From positions 1 through 28,251 of the forward strand of contig JBCBJQ010000073.1 in assembly GCA_038523235.1 (NCBI GenBank): a DNA stretch of 28,251 bases, read 5' to 3'. Below, in pieces: positions 1-8,660 of the stretch. Below the pieces are notes generated by a model. The model saw only the letters and a list, made by a program, of their open reading frames with translations. It had not been told where the DNA came from and made no database searches. A program made the position numbers and the translations under genes. The number at the start of each line of letters is the position of its first letter. Position 1 is the first letter of the stretch. This DNA is from Cyanobacteria bacterium J06626_4 (lineage in GTDB: Bacteria > Cyanobacteriota > Cyanobacteriia > Phormidesmidales > Phormidesmidaceae).

Positions 1-68
1 ATAAGCAGCCTGAACCCATTGATATAGAAGCGATTCTCCAACAGTTGATACAGCTCCCGCTCGAATGA
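1..68 (+). CDS. 3' end of an upstream gene running into the window (…KQPEPIDIEAILQQLIQLPLE*)
   Basis: Open frame from position 3 to TGA at 66-68 with protein-like amphipathic composition; too short to identify. Confidence 0.4.
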   Translation, partial: KQPEPIDIEAILQQLIQLPLE

Positions 69-253
69 GACTTGCTCGTCTCATTGTGGAATATACCTTT
101 TCGAGGGGTTATGCAAAAAACCCCTTTTTTGGGGGGGATGGCACCGATTTGTGCGATTTTGAGCCATATCTCCTGCAAGCTTTGTTGGAGAGCATTTTTA
201 GGGGCTGAGATGAGCCCTTTTCAGAACTCATTGAGAACTTTTTGCCAATTGTT

Positions 254-703
254 CTAAGCTTGCCCCATCTTTTGGAGCTGGCTGTATAGACGTCGAAGCT
301 TGCCAGCCTCTTTTCGTTGCTGGAGGCGTTCATCCGCTTCTTTGAGAATTGCTTGTTTAAGTTCAGGATTGCGATCGCAGGCCAAGTAGCAGGCTTCCAA
401 AAAAGTTTCGATCGTCACCCCTGTCTGGTTGCAGAGATCCTGAAAGGCATCATCTAGCGACTCTTCTAGGCGAATGTTGCGACGAGGAGCGACTTTAGGC
501 ATCTGTTCTAGCTGCTCTTCTAACTCCGCCGCCGGTGACTGAGTCGGTTCAACCTGTTGGATTGTCTCAGGTTCGTGGGTAGCTTCTGATGTCTGAGAGG
601 GAGTAGAAGATGACTCTCCAGAGTCCTGGGCGGCCAGCGAAGTATCCCGCTGCACGGCTGGCCGCTGGTTCCGGTTTTTGATGCGGGTCAACATATCGCT
701 CAT
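254..703 (-). CDS. ParA partner protein (type Ib-like centromere-binding protein; disordered N-terminus, putative RHH C-terminal half)
   Basis: Overlaps the parA stop by 4 nt. N-terminus is S/T/E/P-rich; RRNIRLEESLDDAFQDLCNQTGVTIETFLEAC fits a strand-helix-helix pattern. Confidence 0.7.
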   Translation of the reverse strand: MSDMLTRIKNRNQRPAVQRDTSLAAQDSGESSSTPSQTSEATHEPETIQQVEPTQSPAAELEEQLEQMPKVAPRRNIRLEESLDDAFQDLCNQTGVTIETFLEACYLACDRNPELKQAILKEADERLQQRKEAGKLRRLYSQLQKMGQA

Positions 704-1479
704 AGCTTCTGTCCTATCAGTTCACGAATTCGCTTTAGCAAAACCTCAAAGGGGTATTCCAGGTCTGGCATTCCCAGCTCTGCTAAGGTGGTGCCTTTGC
801 TGATGGCCTGCTTGTAGCGCTCAGACTCTCTGATCGATGGCAGCATCAGCTCGGTACCGACCTCTTTAGCCATCGCTTTAATACACATTCGGCTTTCCTG
901 GGTCTGGTTTGCTCCTACCCAACGGTCTCGAAAAGGGACAACCCCGAGTACTTGTGCATCTGAAGCGCCGATTTCTTGTAGCTCCTTCACAGCGTCCAAT
1001 GTCCGCACCAGGGAACCATATCCTTTGACAGTGGCCTCGCAGGGAATGACGACCTGTTCAGCAGCACCAATCACAGACTTACAAATCTGACTCCGTTGAG
1101 GTGGGCAATCAATGACACATAAATCAAAAGAGTCCTTAGCCGCTTCGAGTCGTTTCTTGAGCAACATGGCTCCCACACCGCTACTGCTGAGATAGTCCTG
1201 CACGCCATCCAGACCATCATCTGATGGGATAACGAACAAGTTCTCGACCTTTGTTGGGTAAATACCTTCTTCTAAAGACACCGTTCCCTTGAACACTTCC
1301 AGGAGCGTGGGCTCGTTTGGAGCAACGTCATGCCCTAGAAAAGTGGTCAGATTGCTCTGAGGGTCAGCGTCGATCGCCAGCACCGTACAATTAGCGGCAG
1401 CAAGATACTTACCCAGCAAGACCGAGGTGGTGGTCTTGCCCTGACCGCCAGACAAACTCATACAGGCAATTTTCAGCAT
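700..1479 (-). CDS. parA: ParA family partition ATPase
   Basis: Deviant Walker A SLSGGQGKTT, motif A' IDADPQSNLT, Walker B-like VIDCPP; 259 aa with no N-terminal HTH. Confidence 0.95.
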   Translation of the reverse strand: MLKIACMSLSGGQGKTTTSVLLGKYLAAANCTVLAIDADPQSNLTTFLGHDVAPNEPTLLEVFKGTVSLEEGIYPTKVENLFVIPSDDGLDGVQDYLSSSGVGAMLLKKRLEAAKDSFDLCVIDCPPQRSQICKSVIGAAEQVVIPCEATVKGYGSLVRTLDAVKELQEIGASDAQVLGVVPFRDRWVGANQTQESRMCIKAMAKEVGTELMLPSIRESERYKQAISKGTTLAELGMPDLEYPFEVLLKRIRELIGQKL

Positions 1480-1550
1480 ACTAAGCTCATTTAGCTAATA
1501 ACGTGATTAACTCATGCAATATTAACTTCATTAGCTAAGGATGTAACTAA

Positions 1551-1590
1551 GTTAAAGGTTAATTGTGTAATTACACAATTAACCTTTAAC
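1551..1590. repeat. Perfect 40-bp palindrome upstream of parA (candidate centromere/operator)
   Basis: GTTAAAGGTTAATTGTGTAA|TTACACAATTAACCTTTAAC, in an AT-rich region between the divergent parA and YhcG-family genes. Confidence 0.9.
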
Positions 1591-1646
1591 ACAAGTATAT
1601 CTGTATGATATGAACTCATGATGTAAAGTTGCTTTTGGGTGCTGGT

Positions 1647-2660
1647 GTGAGTGAGATAGTTCAGGGATATGTAGAGCTGCTTGGGCAAATCAAGCAACGC
1701 ATTCGCTCTGGGCAGTATGAGGCGCTCCGAGCGGTAAATAGGGAGCTGATCACACTGTACTGGGATATTGGGCAACTCATTGTGACCCGCCAACAGGGAG
1801 AGGTTTGGGGAAAGTCAGTCGTTAAGACCTTGGCTCAGGACTTGAAACGGGAGTTTCCTGGTGTTATTGGGTTCTCTGCCTCGAATCTCTGGCGGATGAA
1901 GCTTTTCTACGAAACCTACAAGAGTTCTGAAAAACTCGCACCATTGGTGCGAGAAATTGGCTGGAGCCATAATTTGGTGATTATGGAGAAGTGCAAGGAT
2001 GATTTGGAGCGGGAGTTCTATCTCCGGATGACCCGGAAATATGGATGGACGAAGAACGTTCTAATTCACCAGGTTGAGAACCAGTCATACGAGAAGACCC
2101 TCCTCAACCAAACGAATTTTAGTGAAACCTTACCAGAAAACCTCCAAGACCAGGCCAAACTTGCCATTCGCGATGAGTACGTCTTCGATTTTCTGGAACT
2201 TGGAGAGCAACACAGTGAACAGGAGCTGGAGCGGGCAATCCTTAACCGAGTCGATACCTTCTTGCGCCAGATGGGAGGCATGTTTGCTTTTCTCGGAAGT
2301 CAGTATCGCTTAGAAATCGGCAATCAGGAGTTCTTCATTGATCTTCTCCTTTATCACCGGCGGCTCCGGTGCCTGGTTGCAGTTGACCTCAAGGTCGGTG
2401 TTTTTCAACCGGAGCATGTTGGCAAGATGCAGTTCTACCTGGCGGTTCTCAATGACACAGTCAGGCTAGAGGATGAAAATCCCTCGATCGGCATCATCCT
2501 GTGTAAATCGAAGGATAAGACGATCGTTGAGTACGCTCTCAAGGATTCTGACAAGCCCCTCGGCGTCGCGACATACAAGCTGGTTTCTACACTGCCCCAA
2601 GAATTACAGGGGCAACTTCCGACCCCAGAGGAGATCGGCAAGATTATGGAAACTCTATGA
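1647..2660 (+). CDS. YhcG/DUF1016 family PD-(D/E)XK nuclease domain protein
   Basis: Typical motifs LYWDIG, WGKSVV, GFSASNLWRM, IGWSH, FIDLLLYH and SIGIILC. GTG at 1647 is preferred as start over TTG at 1629. Confidence 0.9.
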   Translation: MSEIVQGYVELLGQIKQRIRSGQYEALRAVNRELITLYWDIGQLIVTRQQGEVWGKSVVKTLAQDLKREFPGVIGFSASNLWRMKLFYETYKSSEKLAPLVREIGWSHNLVIMEKCKDDLEREFYLRMTRKYGWTKNVLIHQVENQSYEKTLLNQTNFSETLPENLQDQAKLAIRDEYVFDFLELGEQHSEQELERAILNRVDTFLRQMGGMFAFLGSQYRLEIGNQEFFIDLLLYHRRLRCLVAVDLKVGVFQPEHVGKMQFYLAVLNDTVRLEDENPSIGIILCKSKDKTIVEYALKDSDKPLGVATYKLVSTLPQELQGQLPTPEEIGKIMETL

Positions 2661-3183
2661 ATGTAGGGTAAAAGCTTTAGTGGTCTCTTTCTACTCTTCT
2701 ATCTAGCCTCAACGTGAACTGGTCGCGGGGGATTGGTCGATCGCCTCCGTTATCAACACCAAGTCACACCCTGGCAAGGGCCATGGAAAACGCTGCTAGG
2801 TTAAATCCTCATTGCGCCCTGGCGCGGATCGCGTTTCCCACAACCCCCGCCTTCCCCGCGCCCGGAGGTAGTGTTAGTTTTTGTGTAAGTGAATTCAGCG
2901 TTGCGGAAAGGAGCTGAACAGAGAGGGTGTGCCAGTTGGCGAAATCCGCTGGCCTGATTTTGGATTATTCGTTCACCAGAGAACCTGTGCCAGTTGCCCG
3001 AAAGCATTGAAATCTCATTGAGCCGCGATCGCCCTTTCAACCCCCCGCGATCGCCCTCCCCTTATGGCCTCCACCCCCCTCACGGCCTCAGGAGTGGTTG
3101 CGGTACCGAGCAGCTACTCCGTTCTCTGATAAACCTTTTGGGGTTGAGGTGCGTGGGCGTACTGTGTAGCACCAGGATCAAAA

Positions 3184-4791
3184 CTAGGGTAAGGGCGGTA
3201 AGCCAAGCTCCTTGAGAAACTCGTTATGCTCCCTTGTTGACGCTTCGATTTTCTTCTCTATCTCAACCAGAGTAGAATTCACTGCAGCTAGATCGACTTT
3301 TTCCTCTGGTATCGCTGTGCTGACATAGCGAGAAATATTTAGGTTGTAGTCATTCTCCTCAATCTCGTCCATTGCGACCCGACGAGAATATCGTTCCTCT
3401 GTTTTGCGGAACTGATAAGTTTCGACAATCTGCTTGATGTGATCGGGAGAAAGGCTATTTTGGCGCTTGCCTTTATCGAAGTGTTCACTGGCATTGATGA
3501 ACAGTACGTCATCGGGCTTTTTGCACTTTTTCAACACCAAAATACAGACCGGAATACCCGTAGAGTAAAACAGTTTGGCGGGTAAGCCGATCACGGTGTC
3601 AATATGGCCATTCTCCAGTAGTTTGCGGCGGATTTTGGCTTCGGCGCCGCCTCTGAACAATACGCCATGAGGCAGAATAATTGCCATTGTGCCGTCCTGT
3701 TTAAGATAGTGAAATCCATGCAGCAGAAAGGCAAAGTCGGCGGCGGATTTTGGGGCCAGTCCGTGATTCTTAAAGCGAACATCTTCGCCCAATGCTTCCG
3801 TAGGTTGCCAGCGATAGCTGAACGGGGGATTAGCAACGACGGCGTCAAAATAGGGCTTTTTAGCTGGGTTAGCTTCTTTTAGCATTTCCCAGTCGTTGAG
3901 TAATGTATCGCCGTGAAAAATCTCAAATTCGGAATCCTTGACGCCATGCAGCAGCATGTTCATACGAGCGAGGTTATAGGTGGTGATGTTTTTTTCCTGC
4001 CCGTAAATTTTGCTAATGCTGTGGGAGCCAAGCTGGCGGCGTACATTGAGCAGCAGTGAACCGGATCCGCAGGCAAAGTCGAGGACGCTGTCGAGGTGAG
4101 TTCGCTTGCCGGTGCTGGGGTCTTGGCTGTCGAGGGTGACAATGGCGGATAAAACGCTGGAAATTTGTTGGGGCGTGTAGAATTCCCCGGCTTTTTTGCC
4201 TGAGCCGGAGGCGAACTGGCCAATCAGGTATTCGTAGGCATCGCCCAGAGCATCGCTATTGGTAGAGAACTGTGCTAAGCCTTCGGCGATCTTGGTGATG
4301 ATGGTGCAGAGTTTGGCATTGCGATCCGGGTACTGCTTGCCGAGCTTTTCAGAATTTAAATTGATTTCCGAAAATAATCCCTGGAAGGTGCTTTCAAAGG
4401 ATTCTTCTTCAATATACTTGAAGCCAGCCAGTAGCGTTTTGAGCAGTTCCCCGTTTTGGGTGCGAGCCATTTCGGCAATGCTGCCCCAAAGGTGTTGGGG
4501 TTGGATGACATAATGCACCTTACGGCGCATTTGTTTTTCAAATTCAATGACGTCGTTGGGGTTTTGGTCGTACCAGAGCTGTAGGGGGGTGGCGTTGGGC
4601 TGCTCTTCGGTGTCTGGATAGTCTGACCCGAGTTCTTTTTGAGCGGCGGCTTCGTAGTTGTCTGAAAGGTAGCGCAGGAACAGGAAGGAGAGCATATAGT
4701 CGCGAAAGTCATCCGCGTTCATGGCTCCGCGCAATTGATCGGCGATCGCCCAGAGGATGCTACCCAATTGTTTTTGATCCTGTTCAGTCAT
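3184..4791 (-). CDS. hsdM: Type I RM methyltransferase subunit M
   Basis: GEFYTP, DFACGSGSLL (SAM binding), VVANPPF (N6-MTase motif IV), PHGVLFRG. Confidence 0.97.
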   Translation of the reverse strand: MTEQDQKQLGSILWAIADQLRGAMNADDFRDYMLSFLFLRYLSDNYEAAAQKELGSDYPDTEEQPNATPLQLWYDQNPNDVIEFEKQMRRKVHYVIQPQHLWGSIAEMARTQNGELLKTLLAGFKYIEEESFESTFQGLFSEINLNSEKLGKQYPDRNAKLCTIITKIAEGLAQFSTNSDALGDAYEYLIGQFASGSGKKAGEFYTPQQISSVLSAIVTLDSQDPSTGKRTHLDSVLDFACGSGSLLLNVRRQLGSHSISKIYGQEKNITTYNLARMNMLLHGVKDSEFEIFHGDTLLNDWEMLKEANPAKKPYFDAVVANPPFSYRWQPTEALGEDVRFKNHGLAPKSAADFAFLLHGFHYLKQDGTMAIILPHGVLFRGGAEAKIRRKLLENGHIDTVIGLPAKLFYSTGIPVCILVLKKCKKPDDVLFINASEHFDKGKRQNSLSPDHIKQIVETYQFRKTEERYSRRVAMDEIEENDYNLNISRYVSTAIPEEKVDLAAVNSTLVEIEKKIEASTREHNEFLKELGLPPLP

Positions 4792-4816
4792 GGTGAGAGA
4801 TATGGGTTGAATGGGC

Positions 4817-5203
4817 TTATTTGACGTTCACAGCCAGCGTCGTTACACCTAAACGGCTGAAATCTGAGGTGTTATTGGTGACTACGGTTAATCCATTGAC
4901 CAATGCTGTTGCAGCAATGATGGCGTCTGGGGTTTTGGTCTTAAACTGCTGTCTGAGTAGGATGGCTTGCTCGGCGATCGCCGCTTGTAAGTCAAATACG
5001 GTCGCATAGCTGATGAATTCTCTGGCTTTGGTATGCAGTGCTAGGTCGGTCGCAAACTGCCCCCAGCCTAAAAACTCGATTTTGGTAATAATCGAAATCT
5101 TGAAGCTATCGGCGAGTGTGGCGTGAATTGATGGATCATCGGTCAACCCGTTGAAATAGTAGATAACAATATTGGTGTCAATCAGGTAAGTCATGAGAGC
5201 CAA
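4817..5203 (-). CDS. vapC: PIN-domain VapC toxin (cassette 2)
   Basis: YLIDTNIVIY, KIEFLG, TPDAIIAATA, VTNNTSDF acidic PIN motifs; overlaps the upstream small gene. True start may be 5194. Confidence 0.9.
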   Translation of the reverse strand: MALMTYLIDTNIVIYYFNGLTDDPSIHATLADSFKISIITKIEFLGWGQFATDLALHTKAREFISYATVFDLQAAIAEQAILLRQQFKTKTPDAIIAATALVNGLTVVTNNTSDFSRLGVTTLAVNVK

Positions 5204-5427
5204 CCTTCGCGGGTGCTCGCTAGGTAATCGTCGATGACTTGCTTGGGCTGCTGGGCCACCCCAAAAAAACGGCGCGGATCGAAGGGTGTGGCAGGCGATT
5301 CTGTATTTTCACCTTCGGCCCCTTCTGCTTGGGCAAGTTGGGCTAGCACCAACTGTACCAATCGGAACTTATCAGCGTGGGAGAGGGTGGCGATCGCGGG
5401 GAGTAAATCTGAGATTGATGTGGCCAT
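5191..5427 (-). CDS. Putative antitoxin for the downstream VapC
   Basis: 78 aa directly upstream of and overlapping the PIN gene; LSHADKFRLVQLVL and C-terminal IDDYLASTREGW are typical of PIN partner antitoxins. Confidence 0.75.
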   Translation of the reverse strand: MATSISDLLPAIATLSHADKFRLVQLVLAQLAQAEGAEGENTESPATPFDPRRFFGVAQQPKQVIDDYLASTREGWLS

Positions 5428-5487
5428 GTTAGTTGCTCTCTAGAGGTTGACGTGATGGATAATGGGTTTGGCTCTTGTCTGATTCGG

Positions 5488-6594
5488 TCATGGGTCTTCT
5501 GCGGCCTCCGAGGCTTCGGGGAATAGTTCAGAATTGAAGGGATAGCGGCTCAGAAAGTCAGTGAAAATTTTTTTGAAGTAAGTCTTGTTTTCTTCCAGCA
5601 TTTCGCGGGGTTCATACAGCGAGTAATTGCCGTGGCTGAGAATATTAATGAGTCGTGCGTGTAGGATGCCGTCAGGGTCGTCGTCATCCTGTTTAATGCA
5701 GGCGGAGAAGTTCTTAAAACCATGAAAGCTGGCAGATTTTTCGAGGATATTGCGCAGCATGCTGAAGTGATAGGTGTAGAGTTGGCCAGATTGCTGCGCT
5801 TGATATAGCTCAGTCAGCATCGCGACATGGTGAAAGAATGGCGTAGCGCTGGTGTAGCGCAGAGTATAACTAGCGCCTTTTGCATAAGACAAAAAATAAG
5901 AAGCCGTCTTTTTAGATTTTCTGGCATCCAGCTCATTGTGGATGACATTGAAGAACAGCGCATGATGAGAGGAAATGACGGCCCGCGCTGGGCTATTTTT
6001 GTTTTGCAATAGTTGCGCTAAGTTGCTGGCTACGGCGATGGCATTGTTGTCATCGAGTGAAGAAATGGGATCATCAATATAGACATACTTGACCCAGCTG
6101 TATGCGTCATCGCCATCGACGACTAGCTGAACGATCGCCAGAAAAAAGCACCAGATAAAGATGTTTTCTTCGCCGCGCGATATCTTGATGTTGTCAATGG
6201 GGGTGCCGTCAACTTCACGAGAGAAACTGATCGCGCCTTGCTCGTAGTCGATAGTGAAGTAAAAATCGGCATATCGATGTAGAAAGGGACGAATGCGATT
6301 TTCCATTTCCAGCTCTTCGATGCCAGCGAAAAAGCTGGAGGATGTATTGAGCTTTAGCACCCGCTCGCTGTCGCCATCGAGGTCGTTGTCCCAAGCAAAG
6401 AGGTCTTCAGTAAAGGCGTTGAAGTAGAGAGTGTCGCGTTGACCATCCTGCTTACCGAGTTCTTTGAAAGCCATTGACAGGCGAGTTTTGCCAGTGCCGT
6501 TGTAGGCATAGAGCAGCAGAAACTTTTTGTCTTGAAGTTTTTGGCGTAGATGAATGGCCAGGTCGTCCAGGTTAGCAAAGCTGTCTGTGCTCAT
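5488..6594 (-). CDS. prrC: PrrC-type anticodon nuclease (ABC ATPase + HEPN RNase)
   Basis: Walker A YAYNGTGKT, PrrC box LYFNAFTEDLFAWDND, signature ISRGEE, Walker B/D-loop YIDDPISSLD, H-loop ISSHH, HEPN-like RNILE…LSH; located inside a type I RM operon. Confidence 0.9.
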   Translation of the reverse strand: MSTDSFANLDDLAIHLRQKLQDKKFLLLYAYNGTGKTRLSMAFKELGKQDGQRDTLYFNAFTEDLFAWDNDLDGDSERVLKLNTSSSFFAGIEELEMENRIRPFLHRYADFYFTIDYEQGAISFSREVDGTPIDNIKISRGEENIFIWCFFLAIVQLVVDGDDAYSWVKYVYIDDPISSLDDNNAIAVASNLAQLLQNKNSPARAVISSHHALFFNVIHNELDARKSKKTASYFLSYAKGASYTLRYTSATPFFHHVAMLTELYQAQQSGQLYTYHFSMLRNILEKSASFHGFKNFSACIKQDDDDPDGILHARLINILSHGNYSLYEPREMLEENKTYFKKIFTDFLSRYPFNSELFPEASEAAEDP

Positions 6595-7919
6595 CTTTTC
6601 ACCTCATCAAGATCAGGGAAAAGCTGCTGCATCAGTCCTTTCTTGTGGATTTGGAGCGTGGCGATTTTTTGGATTTGGGCAGTGATGAGTTCGTCTAGTG
6701 AAGAAAGACAGCTGGCAATTTTCTGCTGTTCAATAAATGATGGAAGATAAAATTCTATATTCTTTAAGTTGGTTAGTGACAAGTTGGGGCGTGCTGATTC
6801 CGATTGAGTTCCAAACATTTCCCTCTTTATTTCGTCATTCTGATAGTAATAGCCAATAAACTTAAAAGATGTGCTTCTATTAACTCGAAAAAGAGCAACT
6901 GCCTGATTTATAAATGCTTTATTATTTAGCAAATACGAACAACTTCGACCAATCGATGCGCCAACAATATTAATGAGAATATCGCCGTGAGATAACTGAC
7001 TACTTTTCTGTTTTTCATAGAATTTTTCAGGTAAATATTTAGGATTAGAAACATCTAAAAAACCATCGCGAACATTTTCGCTTGTTATAAATAGAACGCC
7101 TTGGCTTTTGTAGCTAAACCCTTGCCAGTTTGGTGAGGAGCCTTTTGTTATCTTAATCGTTATTTCATCGCCCGATTTCCGAATCCATTCCCCAGCATCA
7201 CAAAACTCAGGGAAGCGTCGTTTGGGCTGGGTTTTGCCTTCTGCGGGAAAGAGCTGCTGCATGAGCCCTTTTTTGTGGGCTTTGAGGGCGTCGAGCTTTT
7301 GGGTTTCTGCGGTGATGCGATCGTCGATAGAAGTAAGACAGTCAGCAATTTTTTGTTGTTCAGGTAAACCGTTTCCCTTCTGCTTATTCGAAGGAACTGG
7401 AACGGATAGAGTGGCATATTCATTACCATTTATACCTGGTTGGCCACTGCGTGCAGAATTGACACTAACCCAATCCCAATACTGCCTTGTAGAGAGAAAA
7501 TTGAACAGAAAAGTAGAATCTAGCTTTTGAGGATCTGGCCTTATCCGTATTAAAAATCCAGCAAATACCAGATTTCCATCTTCTTTTCTATATTTATAAG
7601 ATTTTCCAACGCTTGCTCCTGTTCGAGCCAAAACAATATCGCCCTCGCTTAGATAGTTTTCATCTTTGGCTTCAATCTTAACTGAGACTTTTTGATCGCA
7701 AAGATAGTAACCTTCATTAGAAATGTCAGTTATTCTCAAATAAGCAGGCAAATCATCTGAGTAAGGTACAGCTGGTGCATTCACTCCATAATCGGGTTTT
7801 TTCAACAAAAAGTCTCCGAGTTTTCTCTCTTCCCATTTCCCCGCATCCCGAAACTCAGGAAACCTTCGCTTAGGCTCTAATTCACGTTTCTCCTTTCGCC
7901 TATTCGCCCTATTGCTCAT
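6591..7919 (-). CDS. hsdS: Type I RM specificity subunit S (two TRDs)
   Basis: Duplicated conserved segments PKRRFPEF, EQQKIA.CL.S.D..I and HKKGLMQQLFP flanking two AT-rich variable TRDs. Confidence 0.95.
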   Translation of the reverse strand: MSNRANRRKEKRELEPKRRFPEFRDAGKWEERKLGDFLLKKPDYGVNAPAVPYSDDLPAYLRITDISNEGYYLCDQKVSVKIEAKDENYLSEGDIVLARTGASVGKSYKYRKEDGNLVFAGFLIRIRPDPQKLDSTFLFNFLSTRQYWDWVSVNSARSGQPGINGNEYATLSVPVPSNKQKGNGLPEQQKIADCLTSIDDRITAETQKLDALKAHKKGLMQQLFPAEGKTQPKRRFPEFCDAGEWIRKSGDEITIKITKGSSPNWQGFSYKSQGVLFITSENVRDGFLDVSNPKYLPEKFYEKQKSSQLSHGDILINIVGASIGRSCSYLLNNKAFINQAVALFRVNRSTSFKFIGYYYQNDEIKREMFGTQSESARPNLSLTNLKNIEFYLPSFIEQQKIASCLSSLDELITAQIQKIATLQIHKKGLMQQLFPDLDEVKR

Positions 7920-7986
7920 ACGCCCCCAACCCCGATATCTCTCGCCCTTCCGCCAGCTTATGCAACAGCGGCATTAGATCCTCCAT
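7909..7986 (-). pseudogene. Duplicated hsdR 3' end forming a 25-aa mini-ORF that overlaps the hsdS start
   Basis: Encodes MEDLMPLLHKLAEGREISGLGAYEQ* versus the HsdR C-terminus MEDLIPLLHKLAEGREISGLAAYE*; 61/72 nt identical to 8664-8735. Confidence 0.9.
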
Positions 7987-7990
7987 AACA

Positions 7991-8362
7991 TCAACTCCCC
8001 GGCTCTACTGGATTGTGAATTGCTAAACCCTCTATCCACTCAAAATCTTTGTCATTCGCCGTCGCTAACGGCAGACTGTGTTCCAAACAGGTCGCGGCAA
8101 TCAGGGCATCGCCCAGCGATATTTTTCGTTGCTGGCGTAGAGCGATCGCAATTTCAATCGTGGCCTTGCCAATCATCAAAATAGTTAAGTTCTCTAGAAT
8201 GGCTATCAACGCCTGTTTTTCAGCTTCACCTAAACGGTGATAACCCAATGTTTCCAGGCGACTTATGGCAGAGTAATGAGTGGCATACTTTATCAGCCAG
8301 CTACGCAGTCGAGCGTACGGCGGCTGTGTCGCATAAATAATCAAATTACTGTCAATCAACAT
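7991..8362 (-). CDS. vapC: PIN-domain VapC toxin (cassette 1)
   Basis: Start reassigned to the ATG at 8362 (MLIDSNLIIY), which overlaps the antitoxin end; motifs RLETLGY, LGDALIAAT, ATANDKDF. Confidence 0.9.
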   Translation of the reverse strand: MLIDSNLIIYATQPPYARLRSWLIKYATHYSAISRLETLGYHRLGEAEKQALIAILENLTILMIGKATIEIAIALRQQRKISLGDALIAATCLEHSLPLATANDKDFEWIEGLAIHNPVEPGS

Positions 8363-8621
8363 CGTCCCGCCCTGGTAAGGTGCGGTCTTGGCGCTGTTCG
8401 CGCTGCCAAGCAACCGGGTCTGTAATCTCTGCAAAAGGGTTTGATGCTACTACTTGTTCTAGTGCTGCGGTCAGGCGATCGCGACGGGCTTGGTCTGAAA
8501 CGGCAGGCGCGCTCTCCTGCGCTTTTTGTTCGAGATAGACTGCATAGTTGAGCAACTCTGCCTGCGATGATAACGGCAGGGCAGCCGCATGATGCTGAAT
8601 TTGTTGCAGAATCGTATTCAT
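8352..8621 (-). CDS. Putative antitoxin (DUF2281-like) for the downstream VapC
   Basis: 89 aa; LPLSSQAELLNYAVYLEQK and DPVAWQREQR motifs; overlaps the PIN gene. Confidence 0.8.
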   Translation of the reverse strand: MNTILQQIQHHAAALPLSSQAELLNYAVYLEQKAQESAPAVSDQARRDRLTAALEQVVASNPFAEITDPVAWQREQRQDRTLPGRDDVD

Positions 8622-8660
8622 GGCTGTCTTCCTGTGATTGATGTACTAGAAATACTATGA

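Noticed and set aside
72..333. Short ORFs and the GGGGTT…AACCCC inverted repeat near the left end
   Set aside because: The ORFs look like noise, and the repeat is too short to assign as an IS end or res site without a recombinase in view
6600..7880. Internal repeats in hsdS as a phase-variable shufflon
   Set aside because: They are the normal direct duplicated conserved regions of HsdS; no inverted silent hsdS or invertase is present
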